Origin: Basidiobolus ranarum
Lineage: Eukaryota
Length of the DNA: 64,000 nucleotides
Reading direction: 5' to 3'
Assembly (NCBI GenBank): GCA_040143965.1
Contig: JASJQH010000002.1
Coordinates: 1 to 64,000, forward strand
Every line of letters starts with the position of its first letter. Within the stretch, counting starts at the first letter, position 1. A model generated the notes under the pieces. The model made no database searches, was not told the origin of the DNA, and worked only from the letters and a program-made list of their open reading frames with translations. The translations under genes and the position numbers were made by a program. Shown here piece by piece: positions 50,072 to 63,107 of this stretch.

Positions 50072-52933
50072 ATGGTTGCCTCCACAGAAGTTGGAATACC
50101 CTCTATTGAAATCAATTTTCCCTCCAAGGACCCGATAACAGTATCAAAGAATCGCGCTTCTAATAGTCCACCTTTAGACTGCCTAACTGATGTTTCCAAT
50201 AATGGAACAAATCCTAATGGTGGTCTAGATGGTGTTAGCAACATAAGGCATACTTTTTCACCTAGTTATCGACTTTCAGTGGACGAAGATATACACCTAC
50301 CAGAGTACAATCCCAAAAATTTCCGTTCTTTTTCTACTGGAGCTATTGAAGCTTCTGCTGTAAATTGGGAAAAGAGCGCCTCAGCTACTTGGTATCGTCG
50401 TTCAAGATACAAAAGAAAGAGTGACTTGCATTTGTTAGAGAACTTACCTGCTCGAACCAGCTCCTTACCTCCATCAGATACAGAATCCATAGCTCCAACA
50501 ATATGCTCAGAAAGTCAGGACTCAGAGTTAGCTAGTGGTGAAGAACCCAATACTCCTAACGCTTCTGACTTAGATTCTATTGTAATGGAACCATCAGCAG
50601 AGCCTTCTTTGACAGGTGTTAATAATATGAGCTATCCCGAACTAGAGTTCGGTAATGGTTTTAGTGAAGGTCCCACTTCATTAGACGGATTCACTGTGTC
50701 CTCTGAGATGACACATAAGAGACATCTCTCTCGCTCACGTACTGTTAAAGGACTTGGACGTTCAGTCACTAACAGTCGCCGTCCTACTAGCTTTATTGTT
50801 CCATCAACATCAGAGAAAACAGTTAATCCACAAATTTCAAGAAATAATACGTTGAAAATTCAAAGAAGAAAGTCCAAAAGATTCTCTACTATACCTAGAG
50901 TTTCAACCAAATTGAGTGAGGATCTTGCTGGTACAAGTAGAAGTGGACCCGTTATGTCAGAAAATATGGACCCAGAAAATCCCAATAATATCAGGCAAAC
51001 CATTGAAAACTTCCGTCGTCTAAGTAGAAAGCTTTCTTACCACAGAACTATTCGAAGAAAAAAGACGGATGATGAACAAAGAGTTGCAATTGGAACTCGA
51101 ATCGATAAAAATCATAAGAACTACATTCTGATGTACAATATGCTGACTGGTATTCGTGTCGCTGTAAGTCGGAGTAACTGTCAATTTATCTAGTAAATGG
51201 CAATTAACGTATATACTTAGGTATCTCGCTGTACAGCAAAGTCGAGGCGTGAATTGCATGATCTTGACTTTTCAGCAGCCCACAAGTTAGCCTTTGATAT
51301 GTAAGAAATTCTTCTAACATATCTTTGATTGCATTGGAGGCATAATACTTATCTATTTCCTCATATTAGTGTCGGAAATGAAATGACTCCATCATCAAAA
51401 TATGACTTCAAATTCAAGGACTATTCGCCATGGATTTTCAGACATTTAAGAGAGCTTTTCGGAGTTGATTCTGCGGAGTACTTGGTATGTTGAGAAAATA
51501 TGGATGTCTGTCGGAAATAGCATATTAATTCGTACGATTCAATTCAGGTGTCTTTGACTAGTAAATACATTTTGTCTGAATTGGGCTCACCCGGAAAGAG
51601 TGGAAGTTTCTTCTACTATTCACAGGACTATCGATACATCATCAAGACAATTCACCATACCGAACACAAATTCTTGCGTAAAATTTTGCCCCACTATTAT
51701 CAGGTAGAGTAGTAGAAATCACTGCTGTATCCTAAGAACCTTACTTATATCCCTCGTATAGCACGTGAAAGAAAACCCCAACACCCTGATTTCTCGATTC
51801 TTCGGACTTCATCGAGTTAAACTTCCTCATAGTCGAAAGATCCATTTCATTGTCATGGCCAACAACTTCCCTCCCAACAAAGACATCCACGAAACCTACG
51901 ATCTGAAGGTAAGAGGGTAGCGCTCTTATTATCTCTGGATTGCACTTACTAACTATTCGTTTAGGGATCAACGGTGGGACGTGAGCTTAGTGAGGAGGAT
52001 ATGAAGAGAAGCCCTCACGCTGTTATGAAAGACATCAACTGGGAAAAGTGTGACCGTAAGTTGGAAATCGGCCCGGAAAAGAGACAGCTGTTTGTTGATC
52101 AAATGGAGCGTGACGTCAAGGTAGGATTTCTTCAGAAATTTCACGTTGATGACCCCAATTCTTACGGTTTTTATAGCTATTGAAGGAACTCAAGATTATG
52201 GACTACAGTCTTCTCGTAGGACTCCATGACAAGCAACGTGGGAACAGAGACAATATTAGAGACAAAACTCTCTCTGTCTTTAAGGTGAGATATTCGATGA
52301 CCTCTAATACTTTGGCACATTTATCTAACCCATCCTCTAGCCTGATACAAATAAACTTGAAAAGCAGCCTGCAAGATCACGTGGATCTCATCATCCAGAT
52401 GCTGTTCGAAAGATGATTGTAGAGTCTGACCCTGTCGCACTTGGCCCCTCAAATTCTACACTTCCTGAGGATTCGTTCAGCGAGTAAGCCGAATTGGATA
52501 GTCCATTTCCCCAATATTGATGCTGACCTTTATTTATCTGATTAGTCGCAACAATTGTATATTCTATCAAGATGAAGGCGGTTTTACGGGCTCTGATGAG
52601 AGCGGTGTCTTTACCGATACCATTTTCTACGTGGGGATCATTGATATTCTGACACCTTACAACTACGCTAAAAGAATGGAGCACATGTGGAAATCCTTAA
52701 GTCACGATAAGGTATGTGTTCATGTTCATGTTCACCTCCTTTTACCCGTTTTATTAACCTCTTTTTAGAATGGAATTTCCGCTGTGAATCCATCTCTGTA
52801 TGCCCATAGGTTTATGGATTTCATGACTAAAGCTATCAAAATCCACGACGACATCCAACGACGTGAGACTTTCCGCCGTCACCGCAAGAGCGTTCGCCAA
52901 GGCAAAAACCTAAATAGCAAGAAGCTTGCTTGA
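50072..52933 (+). CDS. MSS4: Phosphatidylinositol-4-phosphate 5-kinase
   Basis: [62 protein letters not shown]. Confidence 0.95.
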
Positions 52934-53397
52934 GCAAACGAAATATTTCTTGATGGGTTTAGCCATCACATATCTGAGCTATTATATATATATATCCATG
53001 ATAATGCTAGGCGTTTAGTAGCCTACTCCATCCTTAGTTTATTTTTGAGTCGGTCAACGTGAAGGCGGACATGGTGATGATTAAGCAATGTCTTCAGTAT
53101 CACTCTTTCCATATGATTCAACCAAGTCATGTAGAGCTTATTTTCCACTATTTATCTATTCAATTTTCTTCAACTCGAAGGAAAGTCCGAGAATTAAAAG
53201 CATTCAATGCGTATATTGTTTTTGCATCCATCTGCCTATTTTCATATAGGTATACTCATACAAATATACATTAAATCCCCTTTTTAACCAATATTTATTT
53301 TTCTCTATATTCGGATGTAGAGACATATTGAAATATATCTAATAATACGTCGACTTGATTTAAAATTTGAAGAGATATGTTTGTTCCTAGAGGTGCA

Positions 53398-53822
53398 TCA
53401 TGACTCCTTTACTTTTGGTACTTCTTGTGAGCCGGAATCTTCTGCAAAGGCTGCAACAATATAGAAAATCACCGCAACATTGGCAACGACTGCTGCGAAA
53501 CCAGCTGCATATATCCTGTTACCTATTGATGAGAAGTTTCCATTTGAGAAAAAACATTTACATGTCTTAATCGACCAAAATCTCACCATCAAATACAGAA
53601 TTCAGAGTGAGGAAGTAGGAGCATATTGGGCCAAGAAGAATAACGGCAGTAAATAGAAGTATCTTTACCACCAAACGACTTGAAATAAACACGGATAAAT
53701 CCCTCCATTAGTACTTTTTATTTACTGATGTAACTTCTGACTAGTAGCATTTCATACCTTGGAACGGATTTTGAGACTTCAGACACTTGGGCCATCTTTG
53801 ATGCAGAAACAGAACTTGACAT
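53398..53822 (-). CDS. VMA21: V-ATPase assembly factor Vma21
   Basis: Two TM segments (KILLFTAVILLGPICSYF; YAAGFAAVVANVAVIFYIVAAFAED) and C-terminal KxKxx ER-retrieval signal KVKES. Confidence 0.85.
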
Positions 53823-54111
53823 GTTTAGTTTTGGAACGAGTCCCAGTCAAAGAAAGCAATATAGTACAATAGATTGATAGAATTTTTGATTAATTTATTA
53901 TACACGGTATTAAATTAATTTCCCATATTTATTAACTAAATTTTGGTTGATTTCTTTAATGCTTTCCTATACCAACCAAGTATTAAGAAAGGTATGCATG
54001 TATATATATATATCTCTTAGATTTCAGTCAAGTATTATTCATTATCAACTTCGTTGACTTCTATACATATCCAGTAAAAGCCCTATAATCCATAGAAGTC
54101 ATAATATCGTC

Positions 54112-55326
54112 ATGAGCTCACCGAATATCAACTTGGGGAAACTCTCTTTAAAACTGGCTTCTCGTTTTGGTGCTTCAACCTTACGGACATCAAGCTTATT
54201 GCAAAACTCAACATTTAAGCCGTTGAGCACTAGCATATTGAAACCACTGAATACCCGTACATTCTTACCTTCAACTTTGATATACACCTCACGTCTATAT
54301 AGCTCTGCTAGCCTTGAGCTACCAGATGACAAGCTTGTTGAAGTTAAAGGTGAAAAGATTCCCTTAGGTAAGTAATGACTTTTAACTTTTTTTGAGCTGT
54401 TATCATCCTGAGGTTATATCTTATTTCATTGCCATATATTTGCAGGTAGAATCGACTTTGCTGTCAGTAACGGACTACCCAGACTAACCATACCTCTACA
54501 AACCCCGGGTACTGGGGAGGTGAAAGAACATAGCTTTATACTGCATCCTGAGCTAACCCTTTCAAACCTGTATCATCAAATTCGTGATCATGGTGGTGAT
54601 ATCAAGCTAGTACATGTTCATGACTCTTTGAAAAATTTCTCTATCGGAGCTCGGTGGACAGCTGGGGCTTCCATAGACGACTTAATTCAAGAATCGACAA
54701 TGTCGGATGCAAAATCATTCTATATTATTACCGATGACACCAAAATACTTATTCGCATGCCTTCGTTTAAAGGTAAGCTTCGTATAATATCTGATCTATC
54801 ATGGAATGTGTCTTTTAATCAACTTTTGCCCTGTAGAACGTACAGCTAGTTTAAACAGTCAGTTGATTAATCTTCAATCTCGTCTTGATGCTTTGAACCG
54901 AGTGAAGCATAAGTGCGATGTTCAAGCTAATCGAACTTCTCAGATGATTTCTATTGGTGGCTTTGCTGGTCTATGCACTTACTGCGGGGTCATGTCCAAG
55001 CTTGTCTGGGTTGATCTTGGTTGGGGCGGTAAACATCACATCTCCTGAACATCTTTGTTTCTGCGATTGTCTAATTTTGTTCTTTACTAGTAATGGAGCC
55101 ATTTACCTATTTCTCAGGGATTGGGGCGGCAACCATCGGTTATCTTTACTTCCTAGTTACGAAGCGAGACTTCACTACTGATTCTGTGTCGAACATGGCA
55201 GCTACCCAACGCCAGATAAAACTCTATGTCGAAAACGGTCTTAACATTGACCTTTATCAGCATTTAACCCAGCAAGCTAACCGTGTCCGAGAGGAGATAG
55301 ATCGGATAAGAACTAGCTATAATTAA
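54112..55326 (+). CDS. MCU: Mitochondrial calcium uniporter pore subunit (4 exons)
   Basis: Presequence, PSF.ERT, coiled coil ending KHKCDVQA, TM1-LGWGVMEPFTYF-TM2-YFLVTKRDF, C-terminal coiled coil. Confidence 0.88.
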
Positions 55327-55885
55327 TATACATTTGTGGATGCAGGCTAGGATATAAGTTAGTTACAATTTCCTTCATTTGGCTTTTCGTCACGTTATCA
55401 TTTACATTGATTTGTAACATGTCTGTCCAATTTGATTGGAAATCTTGATCATCAGAATCCATGGATTTACTGCTTTTATCCTATTTCCAAGTCATGTAAC
55501 ACATAGTGTATAATAGGTTATTAAACTAATCAACCCTATTCCAACCAATTATACCATTTCCCCATCTTTTCTTATAATTGTTATGGACCGCTTTTTTCAT
55601 AAAGTTATATTTATACTAAGCCCCGTTCTCTTTGAAAACGTAATAGAGATATCAATATTTACCTTTAATTCAGATTCTCTATTAGCTGTTTTTTATTTTA
55701 ATCCTTCACTCCAAGTGTAATCCAGTCCAAAAGTAACCTGAAATACAAAAGTCTACTTCTCTGGTCTAATACTTACAAACTTCACAGGAACAACAGTTTC
55801 CTTTTTCAAATTGTTTACCTTTCAATACGAGTGACTTGACAAAATTGAAACAAGAAATTAGCAAACGTATCTACTCTCTTTCATT

Positions 55886-57115
55886 ATGGCAAGTTTAGAT
55901 ACAAGCACGGGACGTAAGAGACCGGTGGTTTCCGATTCGCACATGTACTACTCGTTTCAATGGGAGGTAAAAAATTTTCACGATATAACCACGCGTAAGG
56001 TTTGCACTTCGGAATTTCTTATCATGGACACTATCTGGCGGTTAGAAATCTATCCTATCGGCTATGACGAACATGAGAATTTTGTATCGGTCTATTTAAG
56101 ACCCACTCGGTTACCTTGCCCTAAAGAAGTGGAATTTTGCATATATCTAAAGTTAGACGTTGGATTAAAACGTAAATTGAAAAAATTCACCAGTAGAAGA
56201 GTTTTCTGTGAGAAACAATCGCAGGGATTTGAACGTTTCGTCGATAGAAGGGAGCTTTATGAATTACTTGGTGAACGTGATAGCTTTATAGTTGGTGTGG
56301 AATTGTTTTTTATTGACGTGAATATTGAGACGGAATTCTCGGACTTTCATTTGAGCGAATCTGGTGTTACGGATATCTCGGGCTTGGAAGCGTTCGATCC
56401 GCCTAGTTACTACGTACCTCAATTCGAAGACAAACTAAATGATCCAAACTTTAGTGATGTAGAATTTAAAGTAGATGGGAAAGATTTGTACGCTACTAAG
56501 TTCCTGTTATGTTGTAGAAGTAGCTATTTTAGAGCCATGTTCCAGACGTCTAATATGTGTGAAAGCACTCAGCAAACGATTCATCTTCCTGGGTTTAAAT
56601 ACGAGCCGGTCTTGGCTGTCTTCAAGTATATTTACACTGGCTGCTTCGAATTTGATATAGATGATTTGAAGCCACAAGCTGTTAAAGAAGACACTGAAAA
56701 GAACTCTTTCGAATATTTATCGGCCGTTTATACACTTGCCGATATGTACGAATTACCTGAGTTATGTCGTTGGATAGAGAGGATACTGGTGACCATAGTA
56801 TCCATCAAGAATTATGATCAGCTGTTACATTTTGCCCATAGATATGAGCTTTGTCGGGTCCTAGCGAAAATTTGTCTATTTGTCGCGAAGCACTGGCTGG
56901 ATATTCAGCACTCGGATTCATTTATGACTTTGTTGAATAGTGGAGATGGCCCATTGATTCTCATGCTGTTCAATGGAGTTATGATGGCAAGAACCGGCGC
57001 TTCAGAGCGAGAGGTTTACCAGCGTTTACTGGCTAGACGTGACTTGGATCCCAGTGAAAGCTTAAGTGCAAGTAGTGATGATGTTCCTTCTGAATTAGAA
57101 ATCACTTATTCGTAG
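55886..57115 (+). CDS. MATH-BTB (SPOP-like) Cullin-3 adaptor, intronless
   Basis: MATH domain (FQWEVKNF, WRLEIYPIG, VSVYL, GFERFV) then BTB domain (FSDVEFKVDG, RSSYFRAMF, YIYTG, LADMYEL). Confidence 0.88.
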   Translation: MASLDTSTGRKRPVVSDSHMYYSFQWEVKNFHDITTRKVCTSEFLIMDTIWRLEIYPIGYDEHENFVSVYLRPTRLPCPKEVEFCIYLKLDVGLKRKLKKFTSRRVFCEKQSQGFERFVDRRELYELLGERDSFIVGVELFFIDVNIETEFSDFHLSESGVTDISGLEAFDPPSYYVPQFEDKLNDPNFSDVEFKVDGKDLYATKFLLCCRSSYFRAMFQTSNMCESTQQTIHLPGFKYEPVLAVFKYIYTGCFEFDIDDLKPQAVKEDTEKNSFEYLSAVYTLADMYELPELCRWIERILVTIVSIKNYDQLLHFAHRYELCRVLAKICLFVAKHWLDIQHSDSFMTLLNSGDGPLILMLFNGVMMARTGASEREVYQRLLARRDLDPSESLSASSDDVPSELEITYS

Positions 57116-57555
57116 ATTTCAGATATTAATAGAACAATGAAGTTCAGTATCTCGTTTCTTGTTTCTTTAACATCCGCTTTCATGTTGTTTAATATATTAC
57201 TAGTTACTTCCATGACCCTACCGCACCATTTCTATATTGAACTTATCTCTATTCCACATGGGGCTTTAAGATTGTACATTCATATCGAAATGACAAATTG
57301 TGCTTTTTCTCTTTAATTTCATCTAATGTATCACTGAACTATCTACGACCACTTTTTATCATTAAAGCATAAATCAACAGTAGAAGTCCATTTTTATATA
57401 TCTATAAATATGGATTTGGGATTGAATTGCACAGGGTTTAAACAGAAATGGGTCTGTGAGGTGATTGTTCATGTAATAAACACTCACTCACTTTTCTATT
57501 TGTTTGATTTTTTGGTTGGGATGACTACCAGTGACTTTGAAAAGGCTCATCCGAG

Positions 57556-58663
57556 TTACTCCGTTCTTTGTTTTCCTTGTTTCTTGGTGCTTGTATCTTG
57601 GCGTATTAATGCTAAGAATATACCTATAGTATATCCTAATAGAGATCCCAGTACACATGGAATTGGCCAAGCCTGGTGATGTAGAAATGAACGTTCGATA
57701 TGATAAGAAGTATAAATTGAGAATAAGCTCTGCAGTTAAATTCTTACCTGCCAAGGTCTATCCCAATCTAAAGGGATTACGATTGCACCAAGCCATGCAC
57801 CAAACACTCCACTTACCAATGGATAAAAGGCGAAACGTTCTTTATAGTTCTCTGGGCTAAAAAATATTCATTTAGTTTTCCATTCTATACTCCACGAGAG
57901 AATAAAATGAGTGGAATAGATTCATATTCTAGCCTACTGTTTCTACACATTCCCTTCTAAGCTCTCGAAATAAATAAACCCGATTTCTTACCCTGTTTGA
58001 AAAAATACTCGAATCCAAGCTTCTGTATCATATTGGAAAACTGAACTCGCAGGAAATACCAAAAGTAGTGACATATACATGGCACCATACCACGTGTGTT
58101 GTACAGCTCTATGAAAATAAAGATGATTAAAACTAAACTTCCTTTCTTACATTATCATATCAATAAAGAGACTCACTCAGTTAAAGGGGCACCAAATAGA
58201 ACAGCCAACGTATGAAATAAAAAGATTCCACCCAAAGTCAACAAACTAGCCGAAATTAAAGTCTAAAAAGCAAATGAACCCCAGTTGATAAGTTAACACC
58301 GAAATTCTATAATCCCTTAATAAAGTACTCCTTTCTTGCAACAAGTCAAACTTCTCCACTTTATGAAAAGAACGGATACGTTATGGTAAGTATTAAAGTT
58401 TTACATACCGTAGCTCTTTTTTTAAGTGTAATAGTTCCGGGTTTTTTTTTACTTTGATTGGTTTTCTCAATATATAACCAACCATTTGTTAATAACAAGG
58501 CTCTTGTCATGAATAATACGGTATTTGTCCATTCTAAATACTCTGCAGGTTTTTCAAATAAAGAATAACCAGGTAAAAGTAGTAACGTGGTAATTGCCAA
58601 AGTCACTTGACCTACCGAAGAAAGTAAGTTGGGTAACTTTGGAAAGTTCGTGTGATTCTTCAT
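57556..58663 (-). CDS. GPI11: GPI ethanolamine-phosphate transferase subunit PIG-F/Gpi11 (start uncertain)
   Basis: Spliced LFHTLAVLFGAPLT and [27 protein letters not shown] signature. Confidence 0.88.
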
Positions 58664-59032
58664 GTTTGTCAACAAAGTTAGTAAACCTTGACTTCAAATA
58701 ATTTGGAAGTTCACTTCCCTTTCAATTACGCATACAAGTTGTTTGATGGTAATCAGCATGAATCGATTAATCGAAACCGGTTTCATTCTTGATTGATTGA
58801 TGAACAAGGGACATTTATTAGCACAAAAGAGATCCATTAAGTTACAAAATAACCGAAGACTAGGAAATCAAATACTACGTAAAAGCTAAATTGAAGGTGG
58901 CAAAGTTAAATGGATTGTCTGCATGTTAGTATACAAAGCTATAAGGTAGACCGTCATATAAATGAACTATCTAAATGAAAAGAAATCCCTTAGAAAATTA
59001 ATTCCCAATTTTCTAGCCAATCTTCTGCTCGT

Positions 59033-60993
59033 TTAATCACAGATACGATTCACCTCTTCCTGCGCTTCTTCCCATGGCTCTAAATTCTACAAAAGGTGAG
59101 TGATATCAGTACACTCGATTGTCTAACCAAGCAGTTGCGAGAAAGTCTTACCTTTTTGCACCATTTAACTTGGGCTTTAGCATAAGCAAGCAACATATCT
59201 CGTAAATCCAATTCTTTGCGCTTTTGGAATCGATCTAGGTCAATCTGGATGTTTGTTGAGATATCGGCGAGTTCAGCATTGATCATTTCTAATTGCTCTT
59301 CCAACTAAAAATTGATAAACAGTTACCACTACTTCAACGTACCAAAAGTAATCTATCATGCTTAAAATACCAGAGTGATTTGCTCTCGCGTTCTGCCAAT
59401 GTTGTTCCGTCTGGTGGCCTCCGGATCAACATCCATGATTCCATGGATAGTATAACTCAACCGATTTAAAAATGATGTGCTACTCTTCTTTCGGGAAGAT
59501 GATGGTGTACCTGATGCCGAGGATATGACTGAGGCAGCAGATGAGGGTGGTGTAGGCCTGGGTGACCCAAAAGTGTTGCCTTCGATGCTGGTGGTTTGGT
59601 CTACTTCATAATTGGTGATGTCTGGTTCATTAGCTGTGGGAGGAGTGGTACCAAGAGGGGCATTAATGAGGTCCTCTTCATCCAGTAGAGCGGTCTTCTT
59701 TAGAGCTTCTTCTAATCTCTTCGATTCTTGTTCGGCAAGTTCTAATTCATTGAGATATATACGTTTATTGGCCAAAGAATCCGAGGTAGTTTCAAGTTGC
59801 AAGTGCTTCAAATAACGATACTTCAACAGCTTCTTAATAATCGATGAGAACTGGACATATTCTTGTAGAGGCTCGGAGAATTCGCACTCCAATGTCGTAA
59901 CCTAAACCATGAATAAAAGTAAATATCACATGCTTGTGTTATACAAAATATCAGAGGTTACCATGGATCCAGTAGACATGAACGTAGCGTCCACAGCCTG
60001 TCCAATCCGTTCGATCGCATTAGCCAAAGAGTCAGTTTCATTAAGACTGAATCCATTGAAAACAGCACCGAGTTCGGCAAAGTCATTCGCAAGATCTAGA
60101 GGCTATGTCAGAGCATTGTTATGAAATATAGACGGTTGTTCGCTTTACCTCCAAGTTTCTTTGTAACTCTCTTTTGGGTCTTCTCAAGAGCTGTGATATG
60201 ATTGGAGAATTTATTGGTGTAAAGTTCACATTCCAGAAAACGAGGATCTGGCTTCTTTAATTGTTGAAGTGAGCTAGGTGTAGGCAACGGCGAAGGACTG
60301 GCTTGACTTTGAGAGGCAACCACTGGGGATGGTGGTGTCTGAAGTAGATTCTTAGGTATATTACTCAACGGTGGGGAATGCAATACTTCTGCCTGCAGAT
60401 AGACATAGGAATTTTAGTCACCAAGTAGCTTTAAAGCCGTAAAAGATCACATCATACCCATGATACATTCTCCAAAAACCGATGGAATACATGGTCCTCA
60501 GAGAGAATTGTATGTTCTGCTACACGGTTCAAAAAGGATTGTAATAAACGTTTACGCTTTTCTACCATTAAGATATCATCCTTTCGATTCTGCATGGTAG
60601 CATAATGTGCTATTTAAAAGTAAAGTATGCAGGGTAGTTAGAACGAAATAGTTTTGAGATACTTTCGACAAATATTTACCAATGGAGTGTTTTCTGGGTA
60701 TTGGCGGAACAATACAACTAGGGTGTAGTTTGCAAAGAGCATTTCGTAAAGATTCAAACTCCGAATATCTACGCCTAACCTCAAAGTTCTTAAATATTTA
60801 TGAAAAGGGAAGGTCAGTAAGCGAGACTCTGCACCATTACTTCTATTAAAGTAGTCAGACTTACACCAAAATTTATCACATAAGTAACGTAAGGACTTCC
60901 ACCATTATCACTAGCCTTTTGTGATCCAATTATTTTAAATGAATTACGTCGGAAGGCATACTCAATTTTGCAACAACAATCTGAATACTCCAT
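59033..60993 (-). CDS. SNX41: PX-BAR sorting nexin, Snx41/Atg20-like
   Basis: PX domain RRRYSEFESLR..IVPPIP..RKRLLQSFLNR; BAR domain with HGIMDVDPEATRRNNIGRTRE; C-terminal NLEPWEEA. Confidence 0.82.
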
Positions 60994-61632
60994 ATTGAAG
61001 TTAAATACGCCCAATAGTCAAAGCGGAGTGTGTTTTGAAACTATATAATTCTTCGACTGGGAATTTTGTTGAATTACCAAAAATTACAACCCCTCTAAAC
61101 TGTGTGGATGAAGGAAACTTTAGCGTGGAGTGGGGTGAGAGGAAATAAGGAGTGAATAAAGACGGTATAATTATGAACAAGAAAAAGGACGCAAGCAATT
61201 TGACAATATCAATTTATTCATTAAATATTTAATCAAACTTCACAGTGGTAGAACATGGATAAAAGAAATCGAGAAATAAACATGTAAATAAGCAAAATAA
61301 GGAGGGAGTTTTGGAGTTTGGACTGCTTATTTGGTAAGATCTCTTGTCATCGTAACAATCATGTTGTACTTTTGACATCTGCGTCATCTTTGAGATCAAC
61401 ATTCATTCTCTTTGACTTTAACTGGTTATGTACAGTGTTTTAATCTAAAATGTGACGATTTCATAAAATAAATGCGACGATCACAAAAAATTGGAGATAA
61501 GTTGTCACATCAATCATATTTTAGCGATATTTGAACTTCATGCTTTAAGCCACCATTCCACCTAAAAAGCGTAAGTTGCCTCCTCCCACTATATACTAAC
61601 ATACTCGGCTGTTACTTTTTCTTTAAATTACT

Positions 61633-62889
61633 ATGAGAGGCCAGGATAAAACCCAACGAAAAGAGCGGCATCGAGGGCAAAGTTTGAAGGATAGAGAGGA
61701 GGCTTTGAAAATGTATACCTCACAGGTGCTTCTTTACATTTTTCAGAAAATCTAAATATCTACCTAACGAAATCTACATAGATATCGGATCCTTTAGGAG
61801 AATATCGACTCTTCATGCAACGACTTCGCTCCAACGGTGCAGCTACTGAAGATTATACACACATCCCTCGAAACCTGATAGGTATATGACATGTTATGAA
61901 TACTTAGAAATACTGTTCGTAAGAGATTTAACTGTAGTTTGAATGATTTAGACTTGGCAGTCGTTCTGATTGCTTCCATCGTTGCTAGAGATAGCTTTCT
62001 CTTACCTCGCACTCGCTCGATTGGCGATCCCATCAACCATTCCATCAGGATTAACCACACAGCCAGGAAGTTCATTCGCAAAGTTTTGGGTTTAACCCAG
62101 CTCTCGTGTACTAGCTTAATCCTTAGCTTGTTCTTCGCAGTAAGATTGCAACGTGAATCAAACCAGGTATACCAGACATACAGAAAGAGCAAACATCGCT
62201 TTTATAGTACTTGTGGTAAGAAGCAGTCATCCGATATGAGTGAGCTAGATAAAACCGAAGGATGGACTACGATCTCTATGTTTTTAGCGTCAGTTATTGT
62301 TGCCGATAAATATCTTTCCGATATTACATATACAAATAAGGATTGGGTGGACTTTACGCGTGGTAAATATACTCTCCTTGAGATCAATGAAATGGAAAGG
62401 AGGTTTTTGTCTCAGTTGAATTATAAACTTTACATTACGGAAGAGATGTATGAAGCATTTCTGTCGTACATTGAAGTGGCTCTAAGTCTAAACCAAATTG
62501 CTGGACGTGATACGCTAACGTACAAGGATCTATCCTTACTGTCTCAATCTTTATTACCTGAATACGTCACTCGCCTGGATCTGTCATTGCGTCCCTTGGA
62601 TGCTATAGTGCTTATGAGCAAAATGCTTAGTATTGTCTGTTTATGCTATGTTGCTGTGGTTGGCATTTTAGTTGGTGTAATCGCTAATTGTCTATATGGT
62701 GACAGCATTCAGAACTGTTCTATCAATAGTCATCCAATGAGCTCAAGATCTTCTTTAAATCACTCATACTCTAGCCATCAACAGCCATTCGTTACAAAGC
62801 AATCGTTAATCTGCACGCTCAACAACTTATCTGTTCCTTCACGAGCACTTGATAAACACACTATATTTGAATATCTCTTTTCATTGTAG
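61633..62889 (+). CDS. PHO80/Pcl-type cyclin with C-terminal hydrophobic segment (CNPPD1-like)
   Basis: Cyclin box MFLASVIVADKYLSDITYTNKDW...EINEMERRFLSQLNYKL, then TM-like MLSIVCLCYVAVVGILVGVIA. 5' exons approximate. Confidence 0.8.
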
Positions 62890-63107
62890 CTCATGCTACA
62901 ATGTTTAACATATCCCTGAGGTATGATTTAGGTAAATAGTAAAGTAAATAATATGTGCTATAATGAGCATCCTTAAATTGTAAAATGAATTATTATTCTT
63001 GATCTAATTTCGAGTAAAGTTAAAAGTACAGATAAGAAAGATTAATGAACCATTTGTATGTATACGAGTGCAAGTATTTACGCGTCTTTTTCTTTTGATA
63101 AACTGGG

